The notes under the pieces are model-generated. The model did not search any database. It saw nothing but the letters and a program-made list of their open reading frames with translations, and had not been told where the DNA came from. From a virus: DNA of 64,000 nt. The stretch lies in IMG/VR virus record IMGVR_UViG_3300027804_000045, positions 1 to 64,000 of that record; one strand, 5' to 3'. The position numbers were made by a program, and so were the translations under genes. How positions within the stretch are numbered: position 1 is the first letter of the stretch; the number at the start of each line of letters is the position of its first letter. Shown here piece by piece: positions 9,284-19,831 of this stretch.

Positions 9284-10488
9284 AAATGTTTAGGATTAAT
9301 TACTAGTTCCTGACTAATATTTATCTCTTTAACGCCTTTCTTCTTGTATTTGCTCACATTAAACATATGCGGAAGCAAACATTTTTCGATTTCAGTCTGT
9401 AGTCCTCTAGCACCTGTTTTGAGTTGTAGACAATTTTTTGCTAATTGCTGTATAGCATCTTTACTGAATACCAATTCAACATCGTCTAAACTAAACAAAT
9501 ACTTATATTGGTCTATATAGTTATTTTTTACTTTTGTCAATATTTCTACTAATTGCTTTTCTTCTAGATCCTTGACAGAAATTGTAGTAGCAAAACGCCC
9601 TATAAATTCAGGAATCAGACCGAATTTAGTTAGATCATCGGGTGTGGTCTGATCTAGATTTGTTTCAGTGGTGGTGCTTTTAATATCAGCCGAGAACCCT
9701 ATATTTGTACCTTTAAGTCTATTGCGGATTATATCATTTAATCCTACAAACGCGCCGCCGGCAATGAATAATATATTTTTGGTATTGACAGTTATCATAT
9801 CGCCACTAGGATGTTTACGACCACCTTGGGCGGGTATTCTACATACGGTTCCTTCTACCAACTTGAGTAGTGCTTGTTGCACGCCCTCACCCGAAACGTC
9901 ACGGGTGATGCTAGTGCTTTCGCTTTTACGTGCGATTTTATCAATCTCGTCGATAAAGACGATTCCCTTTTCAGCGAGTTTGACATCGCCTCCTGCGGCA
10001 TGTAATAACATACTGATCATGCTTTCAACGTCATCGCCGACATATCCAGCTTCAGTTAGGCTAGTAGCATCAGCGATCACGAAGGGAACATTAAGAAATT
10101 TTGCAGCCATTTTAGCTAGCAATGTTTTGCCTGATCCTGTAGGACCCATCAATAACACATTACCCTTTTGTATTTCAAAATCAGGTGGAGGATTGATGAT
10201 TCGCTTATAATGATTAGCGATTGCAACGCTAAGAACGATTTTAGCCTGCTCTTGCCCTACGATGTAATCATCTAAATAATTCTTAATTTGGATAGCATCA
10301 ACCTGCTTAAGACTAGGCTCTTTAGCCTTCTCCTCATCTTCAGGTTTTACGTCACGTACAATAAGGTCATGACAAAGAGTTGAGCAATGATCGCATATCG
10401 CAACATCACCAGACACTATCAATTTTTTTCTTTTATCCTTATGCTCACCGCAAAAAGAACAGTGGCTTAAATGTTTTTCTTCTGACAT
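9280..10488 (-). CDS. clpX: ATP-dependent Clp protease ATPase subunit
   Basis: Zn domain CSFC...CDHC, Walker [13 protein letters not shown] pore loop, [18 protein letters not shown] loop, IGF loop, TGARGL. Confidence 0.97.
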   Translation of the reverse strand: MSEEKHLSHCSFCGEHKDKRKKLIVSGDVAICDHCSTLCHDLIVRDVKPEDEEKAKEPSLKQVDAIQIKNYLDDYIVGQEQAKIVLSVAIANHYKRIINPPPDFEIQKGNVLLMGPTGSGKTLLAKMAAKFLNVPFVIADATSLTEAGYVGDDVESMISMLLHAAGGDVKLAEKGIVFIDEIDKIARKSESTSITRDVSGEGVQQALLKLVEGTVCRIPAQGGRKHPSGDMITVNTKNILFIAGGAFVGLNDIIRNRLKGTNIGFSADIKSTTTETNLDQTTPDDLTKFGLIPEFIGRFATTISVKDLEEKQLVEILTKVKNNYIDQYKYLFSLDDVELVFSKDAIQQLAKNCLQLKTGARGLQTEIEKCLLPHMFNVSKYKKKGVKEINISQELVINPKHL

Positions 10489-10517
10489 AAAGTTATTTAA
10501 TTAAAATGTAAATGCTA

Positions 10518-11489
10518 TCAATTTTTACAATCTTTTTTAGAAACCAGTTCCACAACAATGTTGTTAATTGTAGTTTTAGCATTAATCTGCATAGTAACAT
10601 AATTTTTTGCAACCATGTTACTATTGATAGACATGGCATCATATGGATAGCCTATCTGATACATAGTTCTATTTTCTTCATCTACTAGTTTAGCACAAGT
10701 TGATTGCAAAACTTTGTCATTGATATCGTAGATAGTAGCCTTGACATGTGGCTCATTGCTATCACGCATCTTCATAGCAATGATATCGTATCTTAAGGTA
10801 TCAGTTAAATTATACTGAACAAAATCCCAGTCTGCTTTTTTATAAAACCTGATGGGGATTCCAGGTACTTCATTATACTGTTGATACCATTTCTTCTTTA
10901 CACTAAACTTTTTTAGTGTAGATTCCATCGCGTCTAAAAATTCCTTATTCCAGATTACAGCATAAGGAACAACAACATACAACCTGCGTCCATCATCTTC
11001 AGTAATATAAGGCTTTCTATACTCTAGAAGTTCAAAAGCATGATATGGAAAATCATCCATGACCTGTTCGATGAACCTATCCCCGTATTGCTTTTCAGAT
11101 TGATATGATTTTACAGTCGATTGTAAATCATCCTTATTAAACTGATTATAAATTTCTGATTGATTAAACAATCGCTTACTTTGATTTGCTTGCTCTAAAG
11201 TAATTTGCATTGATACTGTGTATCCGTTGTTGCTATTACTTTCATCAAGCACTATAGCCTTAGTAACTCTACAGGAACTATAAACTGATATCCTAGTATC
11301 GCGCATTTCATAGTCTTTAAGTTTTTTATCACTTAACACTGCCACGCCACAATACTGTTGTGATGCTTTACTAAAAGCATCATCTTTTGCCTTGTCTTTA
11401 GTGACACCGTTACCCTCAACAATAACGGTTTGGCTAGCAACCGCGAGGCTACTAACCAAACCGAATATAATTGCTGATAATGCCTTCAC
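10518..11489 (-). CDS. Secreted/periplasmic hypothetical protein
   Basis: N-terminal signal peptide; G.G.T...A...A segment typical of LPP20/FlgT-N-like domains (weak). Confidence 0.55.
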   Translation of the reverse strand: MKALSAIIFGLVSSLAVASQTVIVEGNGVTKDKAKDDAFSKASQQYCGVAVLSDKKLKDYEMRDTRISVYSSCRVTKAIVLDESNSNNGYTVSMQITLEQANQSKRLFNQSEIYNQFNKDDLQSTVKSYQSEKQYGDRFIEQVMDDFPYHAFELLEYRKPYITEDDGRRLYVVVPYAVIWNKEFLDAMESTLKKFSVKKKWYQQYNEVPGIPIRFYKKADWDFVQYNLTDTLRYDIIAMKMRDSNEPHVKATIYDINDKVLQSTCAKLVDEENRTMYQIGYPYDAMSINSNMVAKNYVTMQINAKTTINNIVVELVSKKDCKN

Positions 11490-11491
11490 AA

Positions 11492-12085
11492 TTACAGACC
11501 GCGAGCCTGCATCATTAGGTCAGTATTCTTGCGAGTCCAACCCATAGTGCAACTTACTTCCTGCTTGCCAACAACATCCTGTCTGACAGGCTGCCAACCC
11601 TGCAAGAATCGTTCGCTTGAACGTCTCACAGTATTAGTGACAACAACATTGGTGTCGTTACTATTTTGACGATTGCTAGACTCTGTGCGACCAACATCAC
11701 GATCACTGTTTTCAGTTTCTTGGCTTTCAGACAATTCCTTGCTATTACCAACCCTTTCAACAGTACGGAAACTTTGTGTGCGTTCGCCCATCCAATGCGC
11801 TACGTTAGCCATTGCATAACTACAGGCAGCATCCATTGCATTCTTGCGGTTATTAGTAGTTCCGCCATTGCTGGGTGCTGTACTAGTAGATTCAATCGCT
11901 ACAATCTCACAAGTACGACCAAACATCTTACCGATTGCACCGCAATTTTTGCTGGTTACCTTAAGACCCTCAGCAACAAAGTCGGTACTGAGTTCTTCTT
12001 CACGAACGGTGTCAACCCTTGCTGGACCTGTAGCACAAGCGCCCAAAGTCAGCAAAACACTAGCCATAATCAACTTACTCTTCAT
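11492..12085 (-). CDS. Lipoprotein
   Basis: MKSKLIMASVLLTLGAC lipobox; own promoter TTGACC-17-TATACT. Confidence 0.7.
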   Translation of the reverse strand: MKSKLIMASVLLTLGACATGPARVDTVREEELSTDFVAEGLKVTSKNCGAIGKMFGRTCEIVAIESTSTAPSNGGTTNNRKNAMDAACSYAMANVAHWMGERTQSFRTVERVGNSKELSESQETENSDRDVGRTESSNRQNSNDTNVVVTNTVRRSSERFLQGWQPVRQDVVGKQEVSCTMGWTRKNTDLMMQARGL

Positions 12086-12144
12086 AACACGTTACTCCAT
12101 AGTTGTAGAACGTATTATAAGTATACTAGTGTCTATTATTTAGG

Positions 12145-13799
12145 TCAAGTATTTTGGTTACCTTTTAGATAACTTTCAATCTCAGCACGTTCTGCGTCAC
12201 TTAAACTATCCAAATCGTATTCACCCGAACCAATTTTTTCTACTAGAAACTTGATATACTCTTGGTCATAAAGGTAACTTTGGGTAGACGCTTTGTTGAT
12301 TTCAATCCATTTATTACCATCAAATTTATATACGCGATTTGGATTGACATCGACACGTACAAATATATCGCCCTTAGCGGCTATTTTAGGAAATGTTGTA
12401 CCGAAATTGCTACTAATTTGGTAATTGCCTGCTGAATCTGCTTTTATTGAAAATAGGTCTGGGCGTAGTTCCTTTAGTGCGTTACGTTGAAATAGTCTTT
12501 GTTCAAATTCAACGTAGCCACCACCTTTATCGTGTACAGGGGTTACACCTTCAGTGATTATTTCTTTAGTTTGTTTTTCAATCGCTGGAACAACTTTAAC
12601 GTCGGGCTTTTCTGCCAGTCCGTTAGGTTTTGCCAATTTAATTTTTCTTTTAGGTTCAAATTTGACCTTTTTGTAATTTTTTCTAGATTCAGTTTTTTTA
12701 ATCTTTCTAGTTTTATTAGATCGAATTTTGGCAACTTTAGGTTTTTGAGATTGCTTAGTGACAGCTTTTCTTTTAACTTTTTTTTTACAGGATTTACCTG
12801 CTCTTTCTTCACTATGCCGCCGTCTGCGGTCATTTCAAAATTAGCCGCTGTAGGTTCTGGTTCCTTTAAAGGATCCATTACAGGAGTAGCTCTGCTTTCT
12901 TTTTCGCTGTCATCTAAAGGCAGATATCCGTCACTTCCTGTATCTACAAATTTTTCTATCTTCTTTTCTTCCTTCTTTTCAAATTCCCATTTGTAACTGC
13001 TGATAGCAGCGATAACTAGCATCAATGCTAATGGGTCGAATACGAAAATGAGTAGTATGATAACCCAACGCACAGCACGTTCTAATGTTGCCGTGTCTGG
13101 ATTGTCGCCGTAAATCAATGCAGCGATATATTTGATTGGACCAACTTCTGCCTCTATCTGGCGATACTTACTAGCGATTGGAGCCTTTTCTATATTGATT
13201 TTTTGTATTTCGGCATTGCTGGCTTCGATACGTTTCTGCGCGGCAGCAATCTCACTATTGAGTGAGTTACGCTCTCTACGTTGCTGTGCGCGTATCTGTA
13301 CCGCTCTTTCTACGCTAGCCTCGCTATCACCGCGATCAAGTCTGGCAGTCAACTGAGCATCCATCTGACTCAATGTTTTACGTGCGGCTTCAATATTCTG
13401 ACGCTCACTAAGGATCAACTCTTTTTGTATTGCAATCTTATCATCAAATAACTGTATTTGTGCAGCAACGTCGCCAGTAGGTATTCCTTGATCCATGTGT
13501 GCTTTTGACAGGAAGCCAAAAATACCCATGCTTGTTACAAGTGCAAGGACTATGACAGCACCAGTCAGATAAGTTTTCATTGCCCATCTGCACTTGTCCC
13601 AATATCTATGTAGCCATACGGTCGTGACGACCTTGGCAATTTCAAGGCTTGCGCCCATTATAATGATGGGTATTACTGCTGCGGCGAATATAGCAGTCAA
13701 GCCTACAACACTGTACCAAGCCGCTATGCCGCTAAGAGTTAGCGCGGTAATTAGTGCTAAGGTGCTGAGGCTAAATATCTTCCTAAATAATGTTGGCAT
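12145..13799 (-). CDS. Multi-TM coiled-coil membrane protein, split into two frames at an A9 run (frameshift)
   Basis: ORF 12558..13799 has 3 TM, a coiled coil and a TM. A -1 shift at GTA AAA AAA AAG (12777-12788) reads without a stop into ORF 12145..12636. Confidence 0.65.
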
Positions 13800-13838
13800 T
13801 ATAATATTTATAGTAACTAGAACCTGTATAAACGTATA

Positions 13839-14057
13839 TTATTGTCTAGGTTCAGGAGGCTCACCTTCTCCGAACAAGTAGCCATATGTGCCTAAAAATT
13901 CTTGTAGACTCATGACCAATTTGCGTGGTATACCTGGACCTTGCTGGACATGGTATGTAACGAGGTAATCTTCATCACCTCGCCATTTTATTTGCATGAC
14001 TTCTAGCCAGTCTCCGTCACCGAAAACATATTTTTGTCCAACTAAATCTTGTCTCAA
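13839..14057 (-). CDS. Small hypothetical protein
   Basis: 72 aa; overlaps upstream stop by 4 nt; GPGIPRKL motif. Confidence 0.55.
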   Translation of the reverse strand: MRQDLVGQKYVFGDGDWLEVMQIKWRGDEDYLVTYHVQQGPGIPRKLVMSLQEFLGTYGYLFGEGEPPEPRQ

Positions 14058-14359
14058 TCGTCTAGTTCCTGCTCATTATCAATCTCATAACTGATATCAT
14101 AACCGCCCTTACGATCACTAAACCAATCATCCTCACGGTCATAATTATAATTCTCAGGGAATTCTACAAAAGCATCTAATTCTTCATCACTAGGTGCTTC
14201 ACCAAAAGGTTCAGAGTCCCAGTCATCAGTGCTATTCATGTGACTTACAATTTCTTTAAAACGATCAATGCTTCCAAACTTCTCAATGATATCCTCATCG
14301 GGGATGTCATAGGTAAAATGGCTATGAACGGTGTGGTACTCAATACGCTTGAATTGCAT
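14054..14359 (-). CDS. Acidic hypothetical protein
   Basis: 101 aa, AGGAG SD, DWFSDRKGGY motif. Confidence 0.6.
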   Translation of the reverse strand: MQFKRIEYHTVHSHFTYDIPDEDIIEKFGSIDRFKEIVSHMNSTDDWDSEPFGEAPSDEELDAFVEFPENYNYDREDDWFSDRKGGYDISYEIDNEQELDD

Positions 14360-14382
14360 AATATTCTCCTACATTTATTATA

Positions 14383-15714
14383 TCACTTATCGTCACGAAA
14401 TCTAACGAAACGGGGAAACCTAAGACTATAGCTACCATCTTGGTTCTGCGTTATTGCATCGGCAAGGACTTCGGCAGTCCGTCCAATAACCACATTACTA
14501 TTAGTCCAGTAGTCGTCCCTATCACTGTCGCTATAACCACTGCCAACATTGACACGAATAGTTTTTCCATCGTCTACGCCCTCGCAAACTAGAGCACCAA
14601 GACGGCCACTATTCCTTCCCGTGCCCTCTTCTATATTTACTACAGTCAAATCAACTGTAATCGTGGGCTTCCACTTTAGCCAACTTGTATTACGCTTACA
14701 TTCATATGGAGCGTTCAGTTCTTTGATCATGATGCCTTCAAAGCCTGCGACAACCATATCGTTAGCATAACGCTTGAGTTGGTTCTGACCTTCAACGCTA
14801 TTCAAGTCAACCTTGATATGCGGCAATAATTCTACGTTGGGCATATCATCAATGATAGGACGCAACTTTTCAAGAATATCAATACGCTTGTGTAGTTGTG
14901 CGTTCCAGAAACCACGAGTCCAATCATCGGCAGGGATGATATCGAACACATTGAACACACTATCATCAGCGTCAACATCTTCCTTGCGTCTTGCCTGTCG
15001 CATCAATTCTTGGAAGGTGCGACCAGTGACTTCACCATCAAGCCAAAAGCCATACTTCAATGTACGATCACCATTGGCAGCAACCAACTTATGAAAGTTC
15101 TTTTCAACTTGTCGTTGGATATGACCAAAGTTATCAAACACTTTACCATTGCGGCTATAGCAAGTGCTAGCCGCACTGCCTCTAACATGCAGCAATACAC
15201 GCACGCCATCAAGTTTAGGCTCAAGACGCTTGATGCCACTCATCTCGGGGCGACCCTCACAGTTGGTTGCTAACTGACAACCAAAGATAGGAATTTCGTA
15301 CTGTGATTTCTTGACAACCTTGTTGAAGGTCTTGTCACTGATACCGCAACGCAAATCCTTGCGAATGACATTGCGACAAAAGTTATTCCACTCATCACTG
15401 TCAAAACGATCAGCCATAGCCTGAACACGATCACGGGCTTCGTTACCTGTGATTTCACGATTACACAAATCAGCTAACAGGTCGTCAAACTCACCCCAAG
15501 GATTTTCACGACCAGTGATGCCCTCTTCAATCTCGGGCACTTGTCGCAAACCATATGTGATATAAGGATTGTAGGCAGCATAAACAAAATGTAAAAACAG
15601 TTTACAACTTTCATTATCAAGCACTGCCATCTCATAGGCTTGCTTGATGACATCTTCTTTGTGAAGGCGGCTGTCACTCTCGTTCAACTTATGAATCCAA
15701 TATGCCATGCTCAT
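14383..15714 (-). CDS. ATP-dependent DNA ligase
   Basis: Motif I EPKLDGVR, LDGE, FNVFD, EGIMIK, WLKWK, SLRFPRF; start at the ATGA overlap. Confidence 0.95.
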   Translation of the reverse strand: MSMAYWIHKLNESDSRLHKEDVIKQAYEMAVLDNESCKLFLHFVYAAYNPYITYGLRQVPEIEEGITGRENPWGEFDDLLADLCNREITGNEARDRVQAMADRFDSDEWNNFCRNVIRKDLRCGISDKTFNKVVKKSQYEIPIFGCQLATNCEGRPEMSGIKRLEPKLDGVRVLLHVRGSAASTCYSRNGKVFDNFGHIQRQVEKNFHKLVAANGDRTLKYGFWLDGEVTGRTFQELMRQARRKEDVDADDSVFNVFDIIPADDWTRGFWNAQLHKRIDILEKLRPIIDDMPNVELLPHIKVDLNSVEGQNQLKRYANDMVVAGFEGIMIKELNAPYECKRNTSWLKWKPTITVDLTVVNIEEGTGRNSGRLGALVCEGVDDGKTIRVNVGSGYSDSDRDDYWTNSNVVIGRTAEVLADAITQNQDGSYSLRFPRFVRFRDDK

Positions 15715-16106
15715 TTGTTTAGCTCCATCCACATCAAAATCTTGTCAATAGTTCCGCATACTTCTGGGTACTTGTCACGTATATCATTGCCCTTATACAA
15801 AAAATACCCATCTCTGGATCGACGACTTTTATAATCATGGATCTTGTTAGGTACACAACCTACTTGATACTTATAACCCCTGTCCGGGCTACCATGGACT
15901 AATATCACAGTATCAATCTGTTTGTGACGGTGATTATTATCCCATTCATAGCGATAATATGTACAGTAAGCAGCCCAGATGCGACCATTAGGATGGACAC
16001 AGAAATACTTGAAATCGCTAGGAACATCACGTACTATACCTAAATAATTCGTCTTATAGCGATTGACATGTATTGCCTGCTCTACAATCTTATTGATATC
16101 TACCAT
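15711..16106 (-). CDS. Hypothetical protein
   Basis: 131 aa ORF in operon. Confidence 0.55.
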   Translation of the reverse strand: MVDINKIVEQAIHVNRYKTNYLGIVRDVPSDFKYFCVHPNGRIWAAYCTYYRYEWDNNHRHKQIDTVILVHGSPDRGYKYQVGCVPNKIHDYKSRRSRDGYFLYKGNDIRDKYPEVCGTIDKILMWMELNK

Positions 16107-16107
16107 A

Positions 16108-16425
16108 TCACGCCTTCAGTAATGCCCAAACTAGATGCTTCTCAATTTGCTCTCTTACTTTAGCAAACTTTTTAGTTTTATACAAGTCCGATTTGTCCAT
16201 ATACTCAAGTTCCATTACAGCCCTATATCTGTAATCGCTGCGGTCCAAATACGGTATAGTTTTACAACGCAATTTACCATTGCGTTTACCATATAGGACT
16301 AACGCTTTTAGATCAAATAACAAATCGGGGTATATTTCCTTATCGCAAGGTACTTCAACAATAGCATACACATTGTCACTATTGCCTCGCTCCTGATGAC
16401 CTAGAAAATATATCGGGTTCTTCAT
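16108..16425 (-). CDS. Hypothetical protein
   Basis: 105 aa ORF in operon; N..YAI...YGKR is loosely WGR-like. Confidence 0.5.
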   Translation of the reverse strand: MKNPIYFLGHQERGNSDNVYAIVEVPCDKEIYPDLLFDLKALVLYGKRNGKLRCKTIPYLDRSDYRYRAVMELEYMDKSDLYKTKKFAKVREQIEKHLVWALLKA

Positions 16426-17093
16426 TAGATAACCTTCACCCTATTCAACTGAGTTTGATTATTATCTTGACGCTTGACAGTGCCAGCAATATTCAACACA
16501 CTGCCTATAGTTACTTCCTGCTTGTAACTGAAAAACACAGCCTGGTCGCTTGACGTAATACCAGTCACAAAATATGTAAACCATTTCTGGCTATACACAC
16601 ACTTCAAAACTTCTACCTGTGTTTTGATACGCTCACCAACAGTACCAATATAACCGCCTTGACTATATTTTACACGGCGATCACGCTCGTCACGCTCAAT
16701 ACCAGTCAAATAACTATTTGGTACGCTTGCCAATACAGCAACATCATAGCCCTCTGTGACAGTTTCCTTTTGTAATAGTGCCAGCATGTTACGTTCAAAG
16801 TCACTCATGTATTCGCCAGTAAGCAACTTGAACGTCTTACCGTTCCAATATGAACGCACCTTTTCTGCCATATCACGATCAATATCAGTGATATGTTCAG
16901 GCTGCTCAATATATGTTTCTGTCAACTGACGATTGGTGACATATTCTACAACTGTACCATCGTCGTTGACGAAATTATTTTTCTCAATATCGTATTTGAT
17001 ATATTTGTTATCGTTGACACGAAAGGCAGCGCAACTAGCACTAAGCACTAGCATCGTGTCATACTCTTTACGAACTTTTGATACACGCGGCAT
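16425..17093 (-). CDS. Hypothetical protein with C-terminal OB-fold-like domain
   Basis: YIGTVGER...GTVK......TQLNRVK pattern. Confidence 0.6.
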   Translation of the reverse strand: MPRVSKVRKEYDTMLVLSASCAAFRVNDNKYIKYDIEKNNFVNDDGTVVEYVTNRQLTETYIEQPEHITDIDRDMAEKVRSYWNGKTFKLLTGEYMSDFERNMLALLQKETVTEGYDVAVLASVPNSYLTGIERDERDRRVKYSQGGYIGTVGERIKTQVEVLKCVYSQKWFTYFVTGITSSDQAVFFSYKQEVTIGSVLNIAGTVKRQDNNQTQLNRVKVI

Positions 17094-17102
17094 AACAACC
17101 TC

Positions 17103-17129
17103 AAAGAAAGCCCCGCATTTCTGCGGGGC
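17103..17129 (-). terminator. GNRA hairpin / intrinsic terminator
   Basis: GCCCCGCA-GAAA-TGCGGGGC-TTTCTTT on the minus strand. Confidence 0.75.
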
Positions 17130-17137
17130 CTATATTG

Positions 17138-17353
17138 TTACTTGATATAACCTACGAGTGTTTCAGCATCGTACCAGCCCACAATCTCGTCGTTCAGTTT
17201 GTAGACAAGATAGGGGTCAGCACTATCGTCAACTTCGTCAAACTTGAGCATAGACTCAAATTCTTCTTGAAGTTGGTCCATATCTTCATCACGATCAGTA
17301 AAGTCAACGTTAGGTTCGTTGTCGTACTCAAGACCCTGCGCTACATAAGACAT
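17138..17353 (-). CDS. Small acidic early protein
   Basis: 71 aa, very D/E-rich; between an early promoter and a terminator. Confidence 0.7.
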   Translation of the reverse strand: MSYVAQGLEYDNEPNVDFTDRDEDMDQLQEEFESMLKFDEVDDSADPYLVYKLNDEIVGWYDAETLVGYIK

Positions 17354-17383
17354 ACTGTATCTCCGTTGTTTCAGTATGTAGAT

Positions 17384-17412
17384 ATTATGCGCCCAAACGT
17401 ACCCAAAGTCAA
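17384..17412 (-). promoter_or_regulatory. Sigma70-type early promoter
   Basis: TTGACT-17 bp-CATAAT; leader ATCTACATACTGAAACAACGGAG is nearly identical to the one at 3930-3953. Confidence 0.75.
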
Positions 17413-17517
17413 CAACTATAATTCCATATAAATCAATGACTTAGCGCAGCCGCACTATCTGTAATTCTAGTGTTTTTATGCCCGATTGAGAAAAAGACCC
17501 CGAGCCATTCTAACTTT

Positions 17518-18678
17518 TTAGGTTTTTCGAAAAACGAATACGCCTTCGTGCTTAAATCCTTTTTGTTTTTTATTATTGCCTTTTCCGGGACGCACGTTCA
17601 ACATCATCTTGATTGTTTCTACGTGCTTGAAATTTAACTTTTCTGAGATTTCTATCCAACGGTCTGTGATTGCAAACTGATCGTAATCGGCAATATTGAC
17701 GGCATAGATGCCGTCCTTTACTAGACCTCTGTGCAGCATCTGAATCGTAGGTTCGGCATAGTGATCGAACCATGCATCCAAATTAGTATACTTGTTCATA
17801 CATTGGGTCGGTTCATCACAATATATTTCTAAATTAAAATACGGTGGGCTACTAAACGCGGCATCATACTTTCCTTTTTCCGGAACGAAATCCTCGCTAC
17901 CACAATTATTCATTTGATAACCGCTGCCTAACCCAGCCTCATCCAATAAACTACCTAATGCATCAAGACCATTATAGGTTTTTGTATTAGGATCTATACC
18001 TGTATAGTTAAATTTAAATACGGGACTCGTCATAGCACCCAGCATTCTGCCACCATAACCTGAACTAAAGTCAAGAACGGAACCGAACATAGTAGGACAA
18101 ATATATTCAAATATAGCCCTAGCATTCATAGGCTTGAAGTTTTGTATAGTGCCGCCCCCAGTCAAATCTAATGCCCTCAATATGCTTTTAGGCATGACGG
18201 CATTCTCTCCCTCATTTCTATATTGATAGCAAATTTTAATGGCGGCCTTCAGTTTTTTATCATTGTTGAATCTATGACGTAGACTGACTTCATCGTAGTT
18301 AAAAGTTTTAGCTTCCTGCATATTAGGAAACCAGAATCTACAAAACTGCTGTCCTGCTGTTTTACCAGTAGATAAAGTTTTGTTTTGATCTATTTTTGAT
18401 TCTTTTTTGTTAAGATTTAATAATTCTTTTACACAGCCATCTAGCGAAAAGTAAGTGATAGGGAGTGTGCCTATGCTACGATAAATGTCAAATACATCTT
18501 GCTGTATTTTTTTCTTTCCTGCGTCATCAGCCTTGTTCCACTCTTCTTTGCTTAACTTTTTTAAGTCATTATAAACATGTTCATAGCCTGTAGACTTGTC
18601 AGTACTAGGTGTATAATTCCATTCTTTACAAATGTTATCATAGTAATCTAACACCTTTTTATTTGTAATGCTTGTCAT
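17518..18678 (-). CDS. Amino-DNA methyltransferase (SPPY type) 1
   Basis: Motif I LDFSSGYGGR; motif IV FSSPPYFNLEIY. Confidence 0.85.
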   Translation of the reverse strand: MTSITNKKVLDYYDNICKEWNYTPSTDKSTGYEHVYNDLKKLSKEEWNKADDAGKKKIQQDVFDIYRSIGTLPITYFSLDGCVKELLNLNKKESKIDQNKTLSTGKTAGQQFCRFWFPNMQEAKTFNYDEVSLRHRFNNDKKLKAAIKICYQYRNEGENAVMPKSILRALDLTGGGTIQNFKPMNARAIFEYICPTMFGSVLDFSSGYGGRMLGAMTSPVFKFNYTGIDPNTKTYNGLDALGSLLDEAGLGSGYQMNNCGSEDFVPEKGKYDAAFSSPPYFNLEIYCDEPTQCMNKYTNLDAWFDHYAEPTIQMLHRGLVKDGIYAVNIADYDQFAITDRWIEISEKLNFKHVETIKMMLNVRPGKGNNKKQKGFKHEGVFVFRKT

Positions 18679-19831
18679 AAATCTTTTTGATGATATCGTA
18701 ATGCTCATATTTTGGAATGCGTTTCCAAAGAGTAGTACCATTTGAAGGTGTCGTTGCCTTTAATGCTTTTACCAACGCGGTGATTGCTTCATTGTTATAA
18801 TACTTATAAAATTCATCGAATTCCTTTTTATTTTTGATTTTTATCCAGATGGTATTATGACCAGTACCATACTCAGGACCTGCATATTTTACCGGGCTCT
18901 GGCCTTTATGAATTCCGTTCTTGCTGATCACCGCCTTATGCTTACCAACGCCCTCATTTTCTGTTATTGTAGACTCGGCAACTTTAATAATATCTCCGAA
19001 ACCTTCTTCATCCTTTTCCCCTACATTAAAGATCAAGGGGACGGTTCCTTCTTGTTCACTTAATTGAGTCCTATAATAACTACCATAATATGCTTGATAG
19101 CCCTCTAACTTTAATGATAATACTTCTAAAGCATAGCGATATGCTTTGATATCATGGTCTGGTAAAAACGGAGGGTTATCAACTAAAAACGATCCTCCAT
19201 CGCTCATGATTTTAACTTTTTTATGTGTCTTGGTAGGCTCAAATACCATGAGTGCTAAAAGAGTATGTGTTTTAGTTTTAGTCAAAGAACGATAAGCCGT
19301 CAATTGAAAAATGTTGGTACGTGTATAGGTGTTCTTATTAGCACGACCAGTGATGATACAAAGTTTGCTTTGTCTCCTGAATTTAGGTACAAAGTGCGTC
19401 ATAGTATCAAAATCAACATTACTTAATACATAGTCGAATGATTTATGTAAAGTAAAACAATTTTTTTCTTCTATGTTTAGAAGAACATCTCTATTGCCTA
19501 AAGCTTTTTTAAGATTACTTTTGGCAAGGCTTATCTGAACTTTATTGATATCATAACCAAAAAGTTGTTTGGTAAAAATATGATTTAGCCTGTCGGTTTC
19601 ATCGGGTATGCAGTCAATAAGAGCATCCATTAAAATATCAGCGAGAACCAACAATATAGTACCAGTACCACATTGCGGATCGCAATATGTCGTATTAGGA
19701 TTAGATAGATCGGTTTTAGGTATTTGATCAACCATGATACGGATGTATTCTTCATCCAGCATGGTTTGATTACCTAACGTATCATACAACTGAAGTTGCT
19801 TGATACGCTTTTTAATATTATTGGAAATCAT
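18659..19831 (-). CDS. N6-adenine MTase-like protein with degenerate catalytic motif
   Basis: SAM motif CDPQCGTG and FGYDIN are intact; the motif IV position reads FDYVLSNVDF instead of NPPY. Confidence 0.65.
   Translation of the reverse strand: MISNNIKKRIKQLQLYDTLGNQTMLDEEYIRIMVDQIPKTDLSNPNTTYCDPQCGTGTILLVLADILMDALIDCIPDETDRLNHIFTKQLFGYDINKVQISLAKSNLKKALGNRDVLLNIEEKNCFTLHKSFDYVLSNVDFDTMTHFVPKFRRQSKLCIITGRANKNTYTRTNIFQLTAYRSLTKTKTHTLLALMVFEPTKTHKKVKIMSDGGSFLVDNPPFLPDHDIKAYRYALEVLSLKLEGYQAYYGSYYRTQLSEQEGTVPLIFNVGEKDEEGFGDIIKVAESTITENEGVGKHKAVISKNGIHKGQSPVKYAGPEYGTGHNTIWIKIKNKKEFDEFYKYYNNEAITALVKALKATTPSNGTTLWKRIPKYEHYDIIKKIYDKHYK

Noticed and set aside
4325-10488. Bacterial chromosomal origin suggested by clpP/clpX/clpS/rpsU
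   Set aside because: Gene order is not the bacterial tig-clpP-clpX-lon or clpS-clpA arrangement, and the genes are interspersed with phage-type ORFs and promoter motifs.
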